Part shown: piece by piece, positions 36,459 to 45,501 of the stretch
Numbering within the stretch: position 1 is the stretch's first letter
Layout: each line of letters opens with the position of its first letter
Assembly (NCBI GenBank): GCA_038145565.1
Contig: JAYQPX010000004.1
Span: 1-54,304 of the forward strand
Length of the DNA: 54,304 nt
Direction: 5' to 3'
From: Chloroflexota bacterium
Lineage (GTDB): Bacteria; Chloroflexota; Limnocylindria; Limnocylindrales; Limnocylindraceae
Made by a program: the position numbers and the translations under genes
The notes under the pieces: generated by a model
The model's database searches: none
The model's input: only the letters and a program-made list of their open reading frames with translations
Told to the model about the DNA's origin: nothing

Positions 36459-37411
36459 TCGGCGTCAATCTCCAGAATCGCGGCGTCAAGCTCCGCATCA
36501 CCAATCACCCCTTCGAATGAGTGGATGATCACACCGTTCGTATCCACGGTGTAGATCCACGGCTCCACGGGGAGTCGCCATGCCGTCGCAACGTCGTTCG
36601 GCTGCAGTCGTCCGCTTGCGTCCAGGGTGGGGATGACGCGGGTTCCGTTCCATTCCATCAGATATGGCTCGACGTGAAGGATCAGCGCACCTGGGTGCCG
36701 CGCCGCGGCCTTCTTCACCACGGAGATCGTTGGCCCACACGCCTGCGAGACACAGAAGGCGGGTGAGGCGAAGACGATGACAAACGGTGTTCCCGCAGCG
36801 ATCAGATCCGCTGCTGAGTACTTGTAGAGTCGCGGGAGCGGATCAGGATCGGTGCTGATCCCTGCAAGGCCGTGTTCACTTGTCTTCTGGGTTGGCGTTG
36901 CGATCCCCGGCGCGGATGCGCCTGGGCGAAGGGCAGTTCCAACGCTAGCGATCCGCGTCGTGAATCGGATGGAGAGGGGAGTGCCGTCTGCATCTGCGCC
37001 AACGATTGAGAGCCCAATCTCCTGCGCGCCCGAAGGAAAATCTGCAGTGCCAATGAAGAAGCCGCGTACCTCGTTGATTGACCATACGAATGGGAGTTCA
37101 GCGGCGGGTGCGAGCGGCACGCAGCCGTCTCTGGTGATGTCAAATGCCTGCACCTTGATTGACCACGCGGGTCCGCCGAGCGGGAAGCCTTCCGCATCTA
37201 CGAGCCCGAGAAGGAGTCGATTCTCTCCCACGGCGAGGTCGCTGTTTGCAAGAAGCGGGATCGGCCCAGAGCTCACCGTTTTTCCTGCGAGTGGCCACTC
37301 GCCAACGCAACCGCGGCGCGTCAGTTCAGACGCGGAAGGTGACGGAGTGCTGGGCGCTCCCGCACATCCGGAGAGGAGCGCGATGAAGAGGAGTGCGTGG
37401 AGAGATCTCAC
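36455..37411 (-). CDS. lipoprotein with a C-terminal thioredoxin-like CxxxxC domain
   Basis: Lipobox LSG-C, FASPAFCVSQACGP and EPW cis-Pro-like motif. TAGAGT-N6-GTG start. Confidence 0.75.
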   Translation of the reverse strand: MRSLHALLFIALLSGCAGAPSTPSPSASELTRRGCVGEWPLAGKTVSSGPIPLLANSDLAVGENRLLLGLVDAEGFPLGGPAWSIKVQAFDITRDGCVPLAPAAELPFVWSINEVRGFFIGTADFPSGAQEIGLSIVGADADGTPLSIRFTTRIASVGTALRPGASAPGIATPTQKTSEHGLAGISTDPDPLPRLYKYSAADLIAAGTPFVIVFASPAFCVSQACGPTISVVKKAAARHPGALILHVEPYLMEWNGTRVIPTLDASGRLQPNDVATAWRLPVEPWIYTVDTNGVIIHSFEGVIGDAELDAAILEIDAD

Positions 37412-37458
37412 CTCGTCACTCTACCGCAGGCTTTTGAGATGCCGCGTATCATTGAGGA

Positions 37459-39270
37459 ATGCAGGGCTTCCGACGCTCGCTCGCCACGCTCCTCGGCGCA
37501 ACGATCGGACTCGTCGTGATTGGGGTGATAGTCCGCGCCACCGACTCAGGCATGGGCTGCCCAGACTGGCCCCTCTGCTACGGACAGATCATCCCCCCAC
37601 TTGATGATTACAAGGCGTGGCTGGAGTGGATCCATCGCGCCGCCGCAGCGTTCATTGGACTGATCACACTGATCGTGGTTGCGCTGGCCCTCCGCTCACT
37701 GAAGGGGAGGCGTTCGCTCCAAGGTGCCTCGCTAGCGCTGCTGGCGCTCGTCGTCTTCCAAGCGTGGCTCGGTCGGCAGACCGTCCTTGAGTTCAACTCA
37801 GGACAATCGGTGACGGCGCATCTTGCTACTGCGATGGCGTTTGTTGGACTGCAAGTCTGGGTCCTCGCCCGCAGTGGTTACCCCGAGCGTCTGAACGGCA
37901 TCCTGGAGGCACGGGGGGCCGTCATTGCACCGATCATCGCCGCAGGCTCCATCTATGCGCTGCTGATGTTCGGCTCGAACGTCACAGGTACGGACACTGG
38001 GCTCCTTTACCCCGACTGGCCACTGATGGGTGGGACCGTCTTCCCTCCGGTGACGGAGCTCTCCACGCCACACATCGTCCACCGCTATGCCACGGGGATC
38101 GTCGGACTGATCTTGATCTCGGCGCTCTGGATCGTACGCCGCGAGCCCGGGAGTCCACTTCAGACTGCCCGCCTCCTCACTGCAGCGATCGGACTCTTCC
38201 TCGTTCAGTGTCTGATCGGCGCGTTGCAGATCTTCACCAAACTCGCCCCATGGACACAGACGCTACACGTAGCTCTTGCCACCCTGATCTGGATCCTGGT
38301 CGTTGCTGCAGCGGCGATCGCGCTCCTCGAAGCGCGCCGTGCGAACACCGGATCTGGCGATAGTGAGCGGCAAGCCACGCGTGGCGGCAAGACGCGGAGC
38401 ACGGTGAGCGCATACATCGCGCTGACGAAGCCGCGCATCGTTGAGCTGTTGCTGATCACCACCGTCCCTGCAATGTTCCTTGCGGCGCAAGGGGTGCCTC
38501 CGCTCACTCTGATTCTCTGCACGCTGATCGGCGGAACGCTGAGTGCCGCGAGCGCCAACGTCTTCAACTGCATCGTGGATGCAGATATCGATCAGCAGAT
38601 GACTCGGACGGCGGCGCGTCCGCTCGCTACGGGTGAGATCAGCACGGGTGCCGCGTTGCGCTTTGCGTCGGTGCTCGGCGCCGCGAGCTTCCTCTTCCTC
38701 GCAGCAACGACCACGCTGATGGCGGCATTCATCTCGCTTCTGGCAATCGGGTTCTATGTGCTGATCTACACACTGATCCTCAAGCGTTCCACACCACAAA
38801 ACATTGTCATTGGCGGCGCCGCTGGTGCGCTTCCACCGGTGATCGGCTGGGCGGCGGTGACTGGTGATATTTCGCTCGCGCCTATCCTTCTCTTTGCGCT
38901 CGTCTTCTACTGGACGCCACCGCACTTCTGGGCGCTCGCGCTCCGCATCGGTCCCGACTATGCCGCTGCGGGGGTGCCGATGCTCCCCGTCACCGCAGGT
39001 CCTGTGGAGACGGCACGACAGATCTGGCTCTACACAATCTTGCTGGTTGTCATGAGCCTGATGCTCTGGCTCGTTGCGGGGATGGGTGCGGTATATCTCG
39101 CGGTAGCCGTTGCTTTTGGAGCGGTGTTCCTGCTGCGCGCCTGGTGCCTTCGAAGCGAGGTGCTCGGTGACGGCCTTCTTCGCGGTGCTACTCGCCTCTA
39201 TCGATTCTCTATCACGTATCTCACGGTGATCTTCGCAGCGATTGCGATCGACGCGATCCTGCCCCTCTAA
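37459..39270 (+). CDS. ctaB: fused heme A synthase (CtaA/COX15) and heme O synthase (CtaB/COX10)
   Basis: N-half GMGCPDWPLC, EWIHR and four His helices; C-half LTKPRIVELL, DQQMTRTAARP and WTPPHFWAL. Confidence 0.93.
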   Translation: MQGFRRSLATLLGATIGLVVIGVIVRATDSGMGCPDWPLCYGQIIPPLDDYKAWLEWIHRAAAAFIGLITLIVVALALRSLKGRRSLQGASLALLALVVFQAWLGRQTVLEFNSGQSVTAHLATAMAFVGLQVWVLARSGYPERLNGILEARGAVIAPIIAAGSIYALLMFGSNVTGTDTGLLYPDWPLMGGTVFPPVTELSTPHIVHRYATGIVGLILISALWIVRREPGSPLQTARLLTAAIGLFLVQCLIGALQIFTKLAPWTQTLHVALATLIWILVVAAAAIALLEARRANTGSGDSERQATRGGKTRSTVSAYIALTKPRIVELLLITTVPAMFLAAQGVPPLTLILCTLIGGTLSAASANVFNCIVDADIDQQMTRTAARPLATGEISTGAALRFASVLGAASFLFLAATTTLMAAFISLLAIGFYVLIYTLILKRSTPQNIVIGGAAGALPPVIGWAAVTGDISLAPILLFALVFYWTPPHFWALALRIGPDYAAAGVPMLPVTAGPVETARQIWLYTILLVVMSLMLWLVAGMGAVYLAVAVAFGAVFLLRAWCLRSEVLGDGLLRGATRLYRFSITYLTVIFAAIAIDAILPL

Positions 39271-39953
39271 CGGCGGCTGCTCGAGAGCGACTGCTGCTTC
39301 GCGCGTCCCGTTGGGTCGATCCGCGTGAGCCAGAACTGCACTTGCGGTCCAATCGTCAGCGCAAACCAGATCGTTCCGAATCCGAACGTCCCGCCGAGTG
39401 CGATTCCCACAAGGCCCACAAGCACTTCGATCACGGTTCGAACGAGCCAGATCGGTCGGCCCGTAACGCGATGGAAACCGGTCATGAGTCCATCCCTAGG
39501 TCCTGGGCCATTGCCGCTGCCGATGTAAATCCCTGAACCGAGCCCAACAAGCCCGGTCCCGATGACAGTGAGCGCAAGAGCGACTGGCGGATTCTGGCCG
39601 ATGACCTCCTGCGGCGGAACGCCGAGTACCCGCATGGTGTTCAGTGTGATGTCCATCACAAAACCAATCACAACGATGTTCGAAATCGTCCCGAGGCCGG
39701 GGGCCTGTCGGATGGGAATCCAGAGCAAGATCACAAAGAGGCCGCTCAACTGTGCCGCCTGTCCGATGGTGATGCCAAGGTTGTAGCTGAGACCTTGGTG
39801 AAGGATCTCCCATGATGGAAGGCCAATGCCACCATTCACCATCAGCGAGATCCCAACGGCGAAAATGGCTTGACCGGCGATCGTCTGAGGAAAACGACGC
39901 AGCGCCTGAGCGCTCATGGCGTTGGCGAGCCAGTTGCTACGCGGTGCGGTCAT
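39267..39953 (-). CDS. YczE/YyaS/YitT-family membrane protein
   Basis: GLPSWEILHQG, PGLGTISN and GPGPRDGLMTG motifs. Start uncertain. Confidence 0.85.
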   Translation of the reverse strand: MTAPRSNWLANAMSAQALRRFPQTIAGQAIFAVGISLMVNGGIGLPSWEILHQGLSYNLGITIGQAAQLSGLFVILLWIPIRQAPGLGTISNIVVIGFVMDITLNTMRVLGVPPQEVIGQNPPVALALTVIGTGLVGLGSGIYIGSGNGPGPRDGLMTGFHRVTGRPIWLVRTVIEVLVGLVGIALGGTFGFGTIWFALTIGPQVQFWLTRIDPTGRAKQQSLSSSRR

Positions 39954-39963
39954 GACACTCCGT

Positions 39964-41031
39964 TCAACGCTGTGCGCTTGCGCGTCGGAGTCGGTCAGCA
40001 ATTGCAGCGCCGAGTCCTGGCTCAGGATAGGGGGTGGTCAGGATCGTGTCGTGCGCATCTCCGTCGACCCGAAGCGCCTCATCAAGCTGATGGAGGAGTT
40101 CGAAGAGCCGTGACGCAGCGCGCACGGGATCGAGCTGCTCGCTCAGTGCCGCGCGCGCAACCACGGTGAGCCCGGCGGCGAGTTGATCGAGCCGAGCGAG
40201 GGTTGCGTCGTCAGGTGCCAGGAGTGCGACACGTGAGAGGTTGCGCAGATTTGGCGCTGCGGTGTCGATGATGCGAACCTGCGCTCGAGGGGCGTAGTGC
40301 GACGCAGTCATCCCGGGCGCGGGGAGAGCGGCGTCTGCTCTTGACGAAGCTGTGGGACCAAGGAGTGGACCGAACGGCGCGAGGGCGCGTTCCACGAGTT
40401 CGCGCGGCACGCCGCCAGGTCGCAGTAGTCGCGCGGGCTCCCGAGGGAGCAGTGAGACGACGGTTGACTCAACCCCCACGCGCGATGGCTCGGCGACGAC
40501 GATCGCATCGATCCTTCCGCTCAACTGCTCCGCCACGTGCGCGGCGCTGGTGGGGGAGAGTTGACCGAAGAGATTGGCGCTGGGTGCTGCAATCGGTGAC
40601 CCTGCTGCGCGAATCAGTGCGCGCGCGGTTTCGTGCGCTGGGAGTCGCACCCCAACACTCGGGAGCCCTGCACGCACGAGTTCGGGAATCGCGGTGGAGG
40701 CGGCGGCAACAATCGTGAGTGGCCCTGGCCAGAACGCATCTGCGAGCGCGCTCACGCGCGGATCACTGAGCGCACTGGAGGAAAGGACGCGAGGGAGTTC
40801 AGGGCGATCGGCAATGTGTACGATCAGCGGATCAAAGGTTGGTCGACCCTTCGCCGCGAAGATCCGTGCGACGGCGATCGGATTTGTTGCGTCGGCGCCG
40901 AGACCGTAGACCGTCTCCGTTGGGAAGGCGACAAGTTTTCCTTCGCGAAGCAGGGCGGCAGCACGTGAGACTGCAGTTGCGACCTCGCCTGGGTTGCGTG
41001 CGTTGAGGAGCTCTGTCTTGATGGCTCCCAT
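39964..41031 (-). CDS. tsaC: L-threonylcarbamoyl-AMP synthase (Sua5 type with C-terminal domain)
   Basis: VAFPTETVYGLG, AKGRP, FWPGPLT, APSAN, GVESTV and PGM.ASHYAP motifs. Start at 41031 overlaps the xth stop. Confidence 0.94.
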   Translation of the reverse strand: MGAIKTELLNARNPGEVATAVSRAAALLREGKLVAFPTETVYGLGADATNPIAVARIFAAKGRPTFDPLIVHIADRPELPRVLSSSALSDPRVSALADAFWPGPLTIVAAASTAIPELVRAGLPSVGVRLPAHETARALIRAAGSPIAAPSANLFGQLSPTSAAHVAEQLSGRIDAIVVAEPSRVGVESTVVSLLPREPARLLRPGGVPRELVERALAPFGPLLGPTASSRADAALPAPGMTASHYAPRAQVRIIDTAAPNLRNLSRVALLAPDDATLARLDQLAAGLTVVARAALSEQLDPVRAASRLFELLHQLDEALRVDGDAHDTILTTPYPEPGLGAAIADRLRRASAQR

Positions 41032-41858
41032 CACTCTGCCCTGACCGTAAGCGTGATCGGTGCATGATCTGAGGGGAGTGCCCCTTTCCGCTCTTCGCGA
41101 TCCACACTGAACGCGATCAGTGCTCCAACCGATGGAGAGACGAGGAGGTGGTCGATCCGCATGCCGTGACCGCGATGAAACGCACCTCCACGATAGTCCC
41201 ACCACGTGAAGGCGGGCTGCTCACCAGCTGGTGCGAGTTGTAGGGCCGAATCTGTGAGCCCTGTGGCTAGCAGAGCCTGGTGCGCCTCGCGCTCTTCCCG
41301 GGAGACGTGCGTTGCGCCGACGAGGGCGGCGGGATCCCACACGTCTTCGTCTCTTGGGGCAATGTTGAAGTCCCCGCCGAGAATCAGTGGTCCCGTAGTG
41401 AGTGCTTCGCGCGACCAGTGCGCGAGCGCTTCCATCCAGCGCAACTTTGCGCGCCAGTATCCGCTCCCAACTTCGCGACCGTTCGGCACATAGACGCTGG
41501 CACACTGGATCCCTGCGCAGCGCGCCGCGATCAGACGCGGCTCTTCGCTGAGGTCAGGATCGTCCGCGTGGACGGGGCTTGTTGCAGCGACGGATGCTAC
41601 GGGGAGCCCGAGCAGCGGCGCGTCAAGGCCGACGCGTGAGGCAATCAGCACACCGTTGCGTCCCCCTGCTCCGATCGCGGCCCACTGATAGCCGTGCGCG
41701 TCGAAGAGGTCAGCGGGAACCTGATCCGGATTGCACTTCGTCTCTTGGAGAAGAAGGACGTCAGGTCCTGCGCGCTCAATGAGTGCGGCGAGTCGTTCGG
41801 CGCGCGCGCGGATGCCATTCACATTCCAAGAGGTGATGGTGATCGTTTCAGCGCCCAT
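41031..41858 (-). CDS. xth: exodeoxyribonuclease III / AP endonuclease
   Basis: SWNVNGIRAR, LQETK, YVPNG, GDFNIAP, TWWDYR, RIDH and SDHAP motifs. Confidence 0.95.
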   Translation of the reverse strand: MGAETITITSWNVNGIRARAERLAALIERAGPDVLLLQETKCNPDQVPADLFDAHGYQWAAIGAGGRNGVLIASRVGLDAPLLGLPVASVAATSPVHADDPDLSEEPRLIAARCAGIQCASVYVPNGREVGSGYWRAKLRWMEALAHWSREALTTGPLILGGDFNIAPRDEDVWDPAALVGATHVSREEREAHQALLATGLTDSALQLAPAGEQPAFTWWDYRGGAFHRGHGMRIDHLLVSPSVGALIAFSVDREERKGALPSDHAPITLTVRAE

Positions 41859-41867
41859 GCGCGCGCG

Positions 41868-42149
41868 TTACGTTCGAGGGCCGTGAAGGATTGCGCCGAT
41901 CAAACCGTCCGCTCCACCTGGCTCCGCTCCTGCACCGTTGTCCAGTTGCACGGAAACTCCGAGCGCACCGAGCGCGGCAAGCGCGCGCTCGAGTGCGCTG
42001 TCCGCCACGGCAAGGTGCACCACTCCGTCACCGCTCTCCGGGCTGCCAACAACGCCTTCAATCGCAATCCTCTCTGCGGCGAGTGCAGACGTGACCGCGG
42101 TAAAGCTGCCAGCGGCGGGGGTGATGGTGATGCTGAACCAGGCGCTCAT
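41868..42149 (-). CDS. small ACT-like domain protein
   Basis: beta-alpha-beta-beta-alpha-beta hydrophobicity pattern (ITPAAGSFTAVTSALAAERIAI). TACGAT-N6-ATG start. Confidence 0.6.
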   Translation of the reverse strand: MSAWFSITITPAAGSFTAVTSALAAERIAIEGVVGSPESGDGVVHLAVADSALERALAALGALGVSVQLDNGAGAEPGGADGLIGAILHGPRT

Positions 42150-42163
42150 CCGCGTATCGTAGG

Positions 42164-43750
42164 CTACCGCGCCTGCGCAGCGTTCGGCGTGGCACCAGAG
42201 ACTGCGATCGTCCGCTGCGTGCCACCAAGCGTGACCTCAATGACCAAGTTGCTGCGCAGCGCACGGCGTCCGTCTGCCGGATCTCGCTGTGGTCCGAGCG
42301 GCTCTGGGGTAGCGCTGGCACTCCCCACCGAATAGGTTCCAAGGAGCGCATCCGAGATCCACCATGAGCTGATCGATGGCGTGCCACCAGTGCGCGGGGT
42401 GGCGAGGAGTGAGACCTCAAGTCGCCCATCAACAGTGGGGGCGAGGAGTGCGACCTCATCGCGATCATCTGCGTTGCGATCCCACACGGTGAGCTCAATC
42501 TGATCGAGCGCTGCCGAAGAGGTGCCAACCAGCTGCGGCGCACCGAGTGCGGGCGGTTGAATCCGCTTTGCGACCCAACGGCGCTTCTCTGAGAGTGCCA
42601 CCCAGATGCCACTCTGTCCGCCACCCGTCGCAACACGTGCTGCGGGAGTTGGGGCCTTGATGACGAGATCGTCACTTCCATCTCCGTTGACATCTGCAGT
42701 AAGGATCTCCATGCGCGTCACGTCTATGCCCGTGGCGGCGAGGTCCGTCACGCTCCAGATGTCGTCGCGCCAGAGGTACTCATCACCCCGCCGCTCAACG
42801 GAGCCCATCGCGGCACTTGTCACAGGGAGACCAGTGGCTGGATCGGTGGCGCTCCAGATTCGGAGCGTTGCGATTTCTGGGAAGAGGTCGCCGTCGAAGT
42901 CTCCGCGGAACTCGGTGAGCGTTCCGTCACTCCAGCCGGCTGGAAGCGACCACGGCTCGGCAAACGGATCGACGGCGTAGTCCACCAACGTTGCATCAGC
43001 CTCGCTCGGAAGGGGCTGATAGAGCGCCACGTTCGGCCCGTAGAAACGCCGGATGAGCGCTTCAAACGTCTCACCATCTCGCGCACAGCGGCGGGCATTC
43101 TGTTGATAGAGGTGGAAACCGGTGTAGTACTTGTCGCAGCCTTTGCGGTAGTTTCCAGCGCGATACCCCGTATGCGCGAATCCCTTGCGCCCACCTGCGG
43201 TGCGCCAGATTGAGAGTGGCCAGATTGCGTTGATAGCAGACCGGATGAGGGGGAGTCGAGCGGGGAGCCCCTTCTTGATGCGCGCAGCATCTGACTCCTC
43301 CTGCTTCCGCGTAGCATTCTCTCGGTAGAGCTGGAAGGTGACCGTTGAACCAATATCAAAACAGTCGCCGTTCTTGTCTTTCAGTTTCTTGTTCGGGTGC
43401 GTGATATACCACCATGCGTACTGTTTGACGATCTGCGCGGCGGCGAGGAGTTGCGCGCGATGCGTCTCGTTCGGACCCCACTCATTGATGACGACTCGCT
43501 CGACGTAGGTCTTGAAGTCAACCTGTACGCGCGTCCCCATCTTGTACCGCCGACCCTTCTTGATGGGGATGTGCACCCAAATGCTCTCTGGGGGCCTGGT
43601 CAGCGAGGTCCATGGGGTGCACTGGTAGGAAGCGGCGTGTGCCGTCTCTGCATCTTCGCCCGCAACCGGACCTGACGCTGGGACCACCAGCAGCGAGAGG
43701 GCTAGCGCAACGAAGATCGCGCGCCTAAAACTCCGCAGGCGCACCAGCAC
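42164..43750 (-). CDS. secreted SpoIID/LytB-like protein with FG-GAP-type repeats
   Basis: Signal peptide; YVERVVINEW...AAAQIVKQYAW; LYQQNARRCARDG...RRFYG; DxDGD/DxNGDG repeats. RBS GAGGGAG. Confidence 0.7.
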   Translation of the reverse strand: MLVRLRSFRRAIFVALALSLLVVPASGPVAGEDAETAHAASYQCTPWTSLTRPPESIWVHIPIKKGRRYKMGTRVQVDFKTYVERVVINEWGPNETHRAQLLAAAQIVKQYAWWYITHPNKKLKDKNGDCFDIGSTVTFQLYRENATRKQEESDAARIKKGLPARLPLIRSAINAIWPLSIWRTAGGRKGFAHTGYRAGNYRKGCDKYYTGFHLYQQNARRCARDGETFEALIRRFYGPNVALYQPLPSEADATLVDYAVDPFAEPWSLPAGWSDGTLTEFRGDFDGDLFPEIATLRIWSATDPATGLPVTSAAMGSVERRGDEYLWRDDIWSVTDLAATGIDVTRMEILTADVNGDGSDDLVIKAPTPAARVATGGGQSGIWVALSEKRRWVAKRIQPPALGAPQLVGTSSAALDQIELTVWDRNADDRDEVALLAPTVDGRLEVSLLATPRTGGTPSISSWWISDALLGTYSVGSASATPEPLGPQRDPADGRRALRSNLVIEVTLGGTQRTIAVSGATPNAAQAR

Positions 43751-45398
43751 GAGAACTCCCTCTCAATGGAATCTCTTCAATGAGCGTTGCAGCAAGCAGC
43801 GCGACAAGGCTCGCCACAACAGCGAGCCAGAAGATAGAACCGATTGCGTCGGCAATCCCAGCCTTGATCGCGCGGAAGAATGCCTCCACGTACTCCGGAG
43901 GAATCAGCGATAGAAGCGCAGGGTCGAACTTTCCACCGACGTTTGTCAGCTGGTCAAGATTGCCACCTGCCGCAGCAAAGAACGGATCAAACGTTCCAGC
44001 AGGTGCCGCCGCGTTGAGCTCAGCAGGAATCGTGCTGGTCAGCTGTCCGCCAAAGTACGAGCCGACGATTGCGAGTCCGACTGAGCCACCAACTTGACGG
44101 AAGAAGGTGAGGTTGGAAGTTGCCGCGCCGAGAAATTTGAAGGGAACGGCGTTTTGGACGACGATCGTGAAGACCGAGAGCGTTGGCCCAACGCCGAGGC
44201 CGGCGAGGAACATCCAGCCGCGAAGTACCCATGGGTCTGTATCAGCCTTGATATTCGTGAGGAGGAGTGATCCAGCGGTGACCATGACGATCGCCCCAAG
44301 AATGAGCGCTTTATAGCGACCACGCCGTGCTACGAGCTGGCCGGCGCCAATCGAGCTAATGATCACTCCAAGGAGGAGTGGAAGGGTGGCGTAGCCAGAA
44401 TTTGTTGCCGACTCTCCAAGCACGGTCTGGAAGTAGCGCGGAAGGAAGATTACGGAAGCGAAGAAGCCGAACGATGCGAAGAAGGTTGCAGCAGCAGCGG
44501 CGGCGAACGTTCGATTCCGAAAGAGCTCCAGAGGAATGATCGGCTCATCAGCCTTCGCCTCAATGAAGAGGAACACGCCAAGAATCGCAAGGCCTGCGGA
44601 GATCAGACCTGCCACGGCTGGAGTCGCGAACTCGTTGGTCTGCACATTCGTCAGACCGATGAGCACAGGGATGATGCCTGCGGCGAAGACGATCGCCCCG
44701 AGGAAGTCGATCTTCTGATTCGGGCGCCCGCGGAAGGTTGGCAGTTCGAGAAGGATGATGGCGATGCTGAGCAGACCGATCGGTAGGTTCACATAGAAGA
44801 TTAGGTGCCAGCTGAACGTGTCGGTCAACCAGCCACCAAGCGCTGGCCCTACGAGGCTTGATAGGCCAAAGACGGCGCCGAAGAGTCCCTGGTAACGTCC
44901 GCGCTCCTTTGCGCTGAAGAGATCACCGATCGTTGCGAGTGCAATGGGGAAGAGCGCACCAGCGCCAAGCCCCTGAACCCCTCGGAAGAGGATCAGCTGT
45001 TCAATGTTCTGTGAGAGGCCCGCGAGCGCCGAACCGATCAAGAAGAGCCCAACGCCCGTGAGGAGGAGAGGCTTGCGGCCGTACATGTCAGAAAGTTTCC
45101 CGTAGATGGGCACGGTCACGGTACTGGCAACGAGATAAATCGTGACAACCCACGTGTAAAGGTTGGCACCATTCAGTTCAGTAATGATCTGGGGCAGTGC
45201 GGTCCCTACAATTGTCTGGTCAAGGGCGCCCAAGAAGAGGGCGAGCATGATTGCAACGACGATGCCCTGCTTTGCGCGCTTGGGGAGATCCTCTCCAGCG
45301 TGGTGACTTGCTGGTGGCGTCGCCTTCGCTGACTTTGTGGGTCGCTTCGCTGATGGGGTTGCCGCCGCACGCGCAGTGCTACGTCGTGGCTGTGCCAT
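43725..45398 (-). CDS. DHA2 (EmrB/QacA) MFS transporter
   Basis: ALDQTIVGTALP, GKLSDMYGRK, FRGVQGLG and IFYVNLPIG motifs, 14 TM. GGAGG RBS before ATG 45398. Confidence 0.94.
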   Translation of the reverse strand: MAQPRRSTARAAATPSAKRPTKSAKATPPASHHAGEDLPKRAKQGIVVAIMLALFLGALDQTIVGTALPQIITELNGANLYTWVVTIYLVASTVTVPIYGKLSDMYGRKPLLLTGVGLFLIGSALAGLSQNIEQLILFRGVQGLGAGALFPIALATIGDLFSAKERGRYQGLFGAVFGLSSLVGPALGGWLTDTFSWHLIFYVNLPIGLLSIAIILLELPTFRGRPNQKIDFLGAIVFAAGIIPVLIGLTNVQTNEFATPAVAGLISAGLAILGVFLFIEAKADEPIIPLELFRNRTFAAAAAATFFASFGFFASVIFLPRYFQTVLGESATNSGYATLPLLLGVIISSIGAGQLVARRGRYKALILGAIVMVTAGSLLLTNIKADTDPWVLRGWMFLAGLGVGPTLSVFTIVVQNAVPFKFLGAATSNLTFFRQVGGSVGLAIVGSYFGGQLTSTIPAELNAAAPAGTFDPFFAAAGGNLDQLTNVGGKFDPALLSLIPPEYVEAFFRAIKAGIADAIGSIFWLAVVASLVALLAATLIEEIPLRGSSRAGAPAEF

Positions 45399-45443
45399 GG
45401 GAACCTCCTGCTTCACGTTTCTGCCACATGCTGCGGTAGTTCA

Positions 45444-45453
45444 CGTTGCAACG
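45444..45453. promoter_or_regulatory. palindrome CGTTGCAACG at the predicted start site of the MFS promoter
   Basis: Perfect 10-bp palindrome directly downstream of the minus-strand -10 TATGAT. Confidence 0.5.
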
Positions 45454-45501
45454 ATCATACTCCTCGACTCCAAGGCTGTCCTCACACGCTAGGGTTGCCT
45501 C

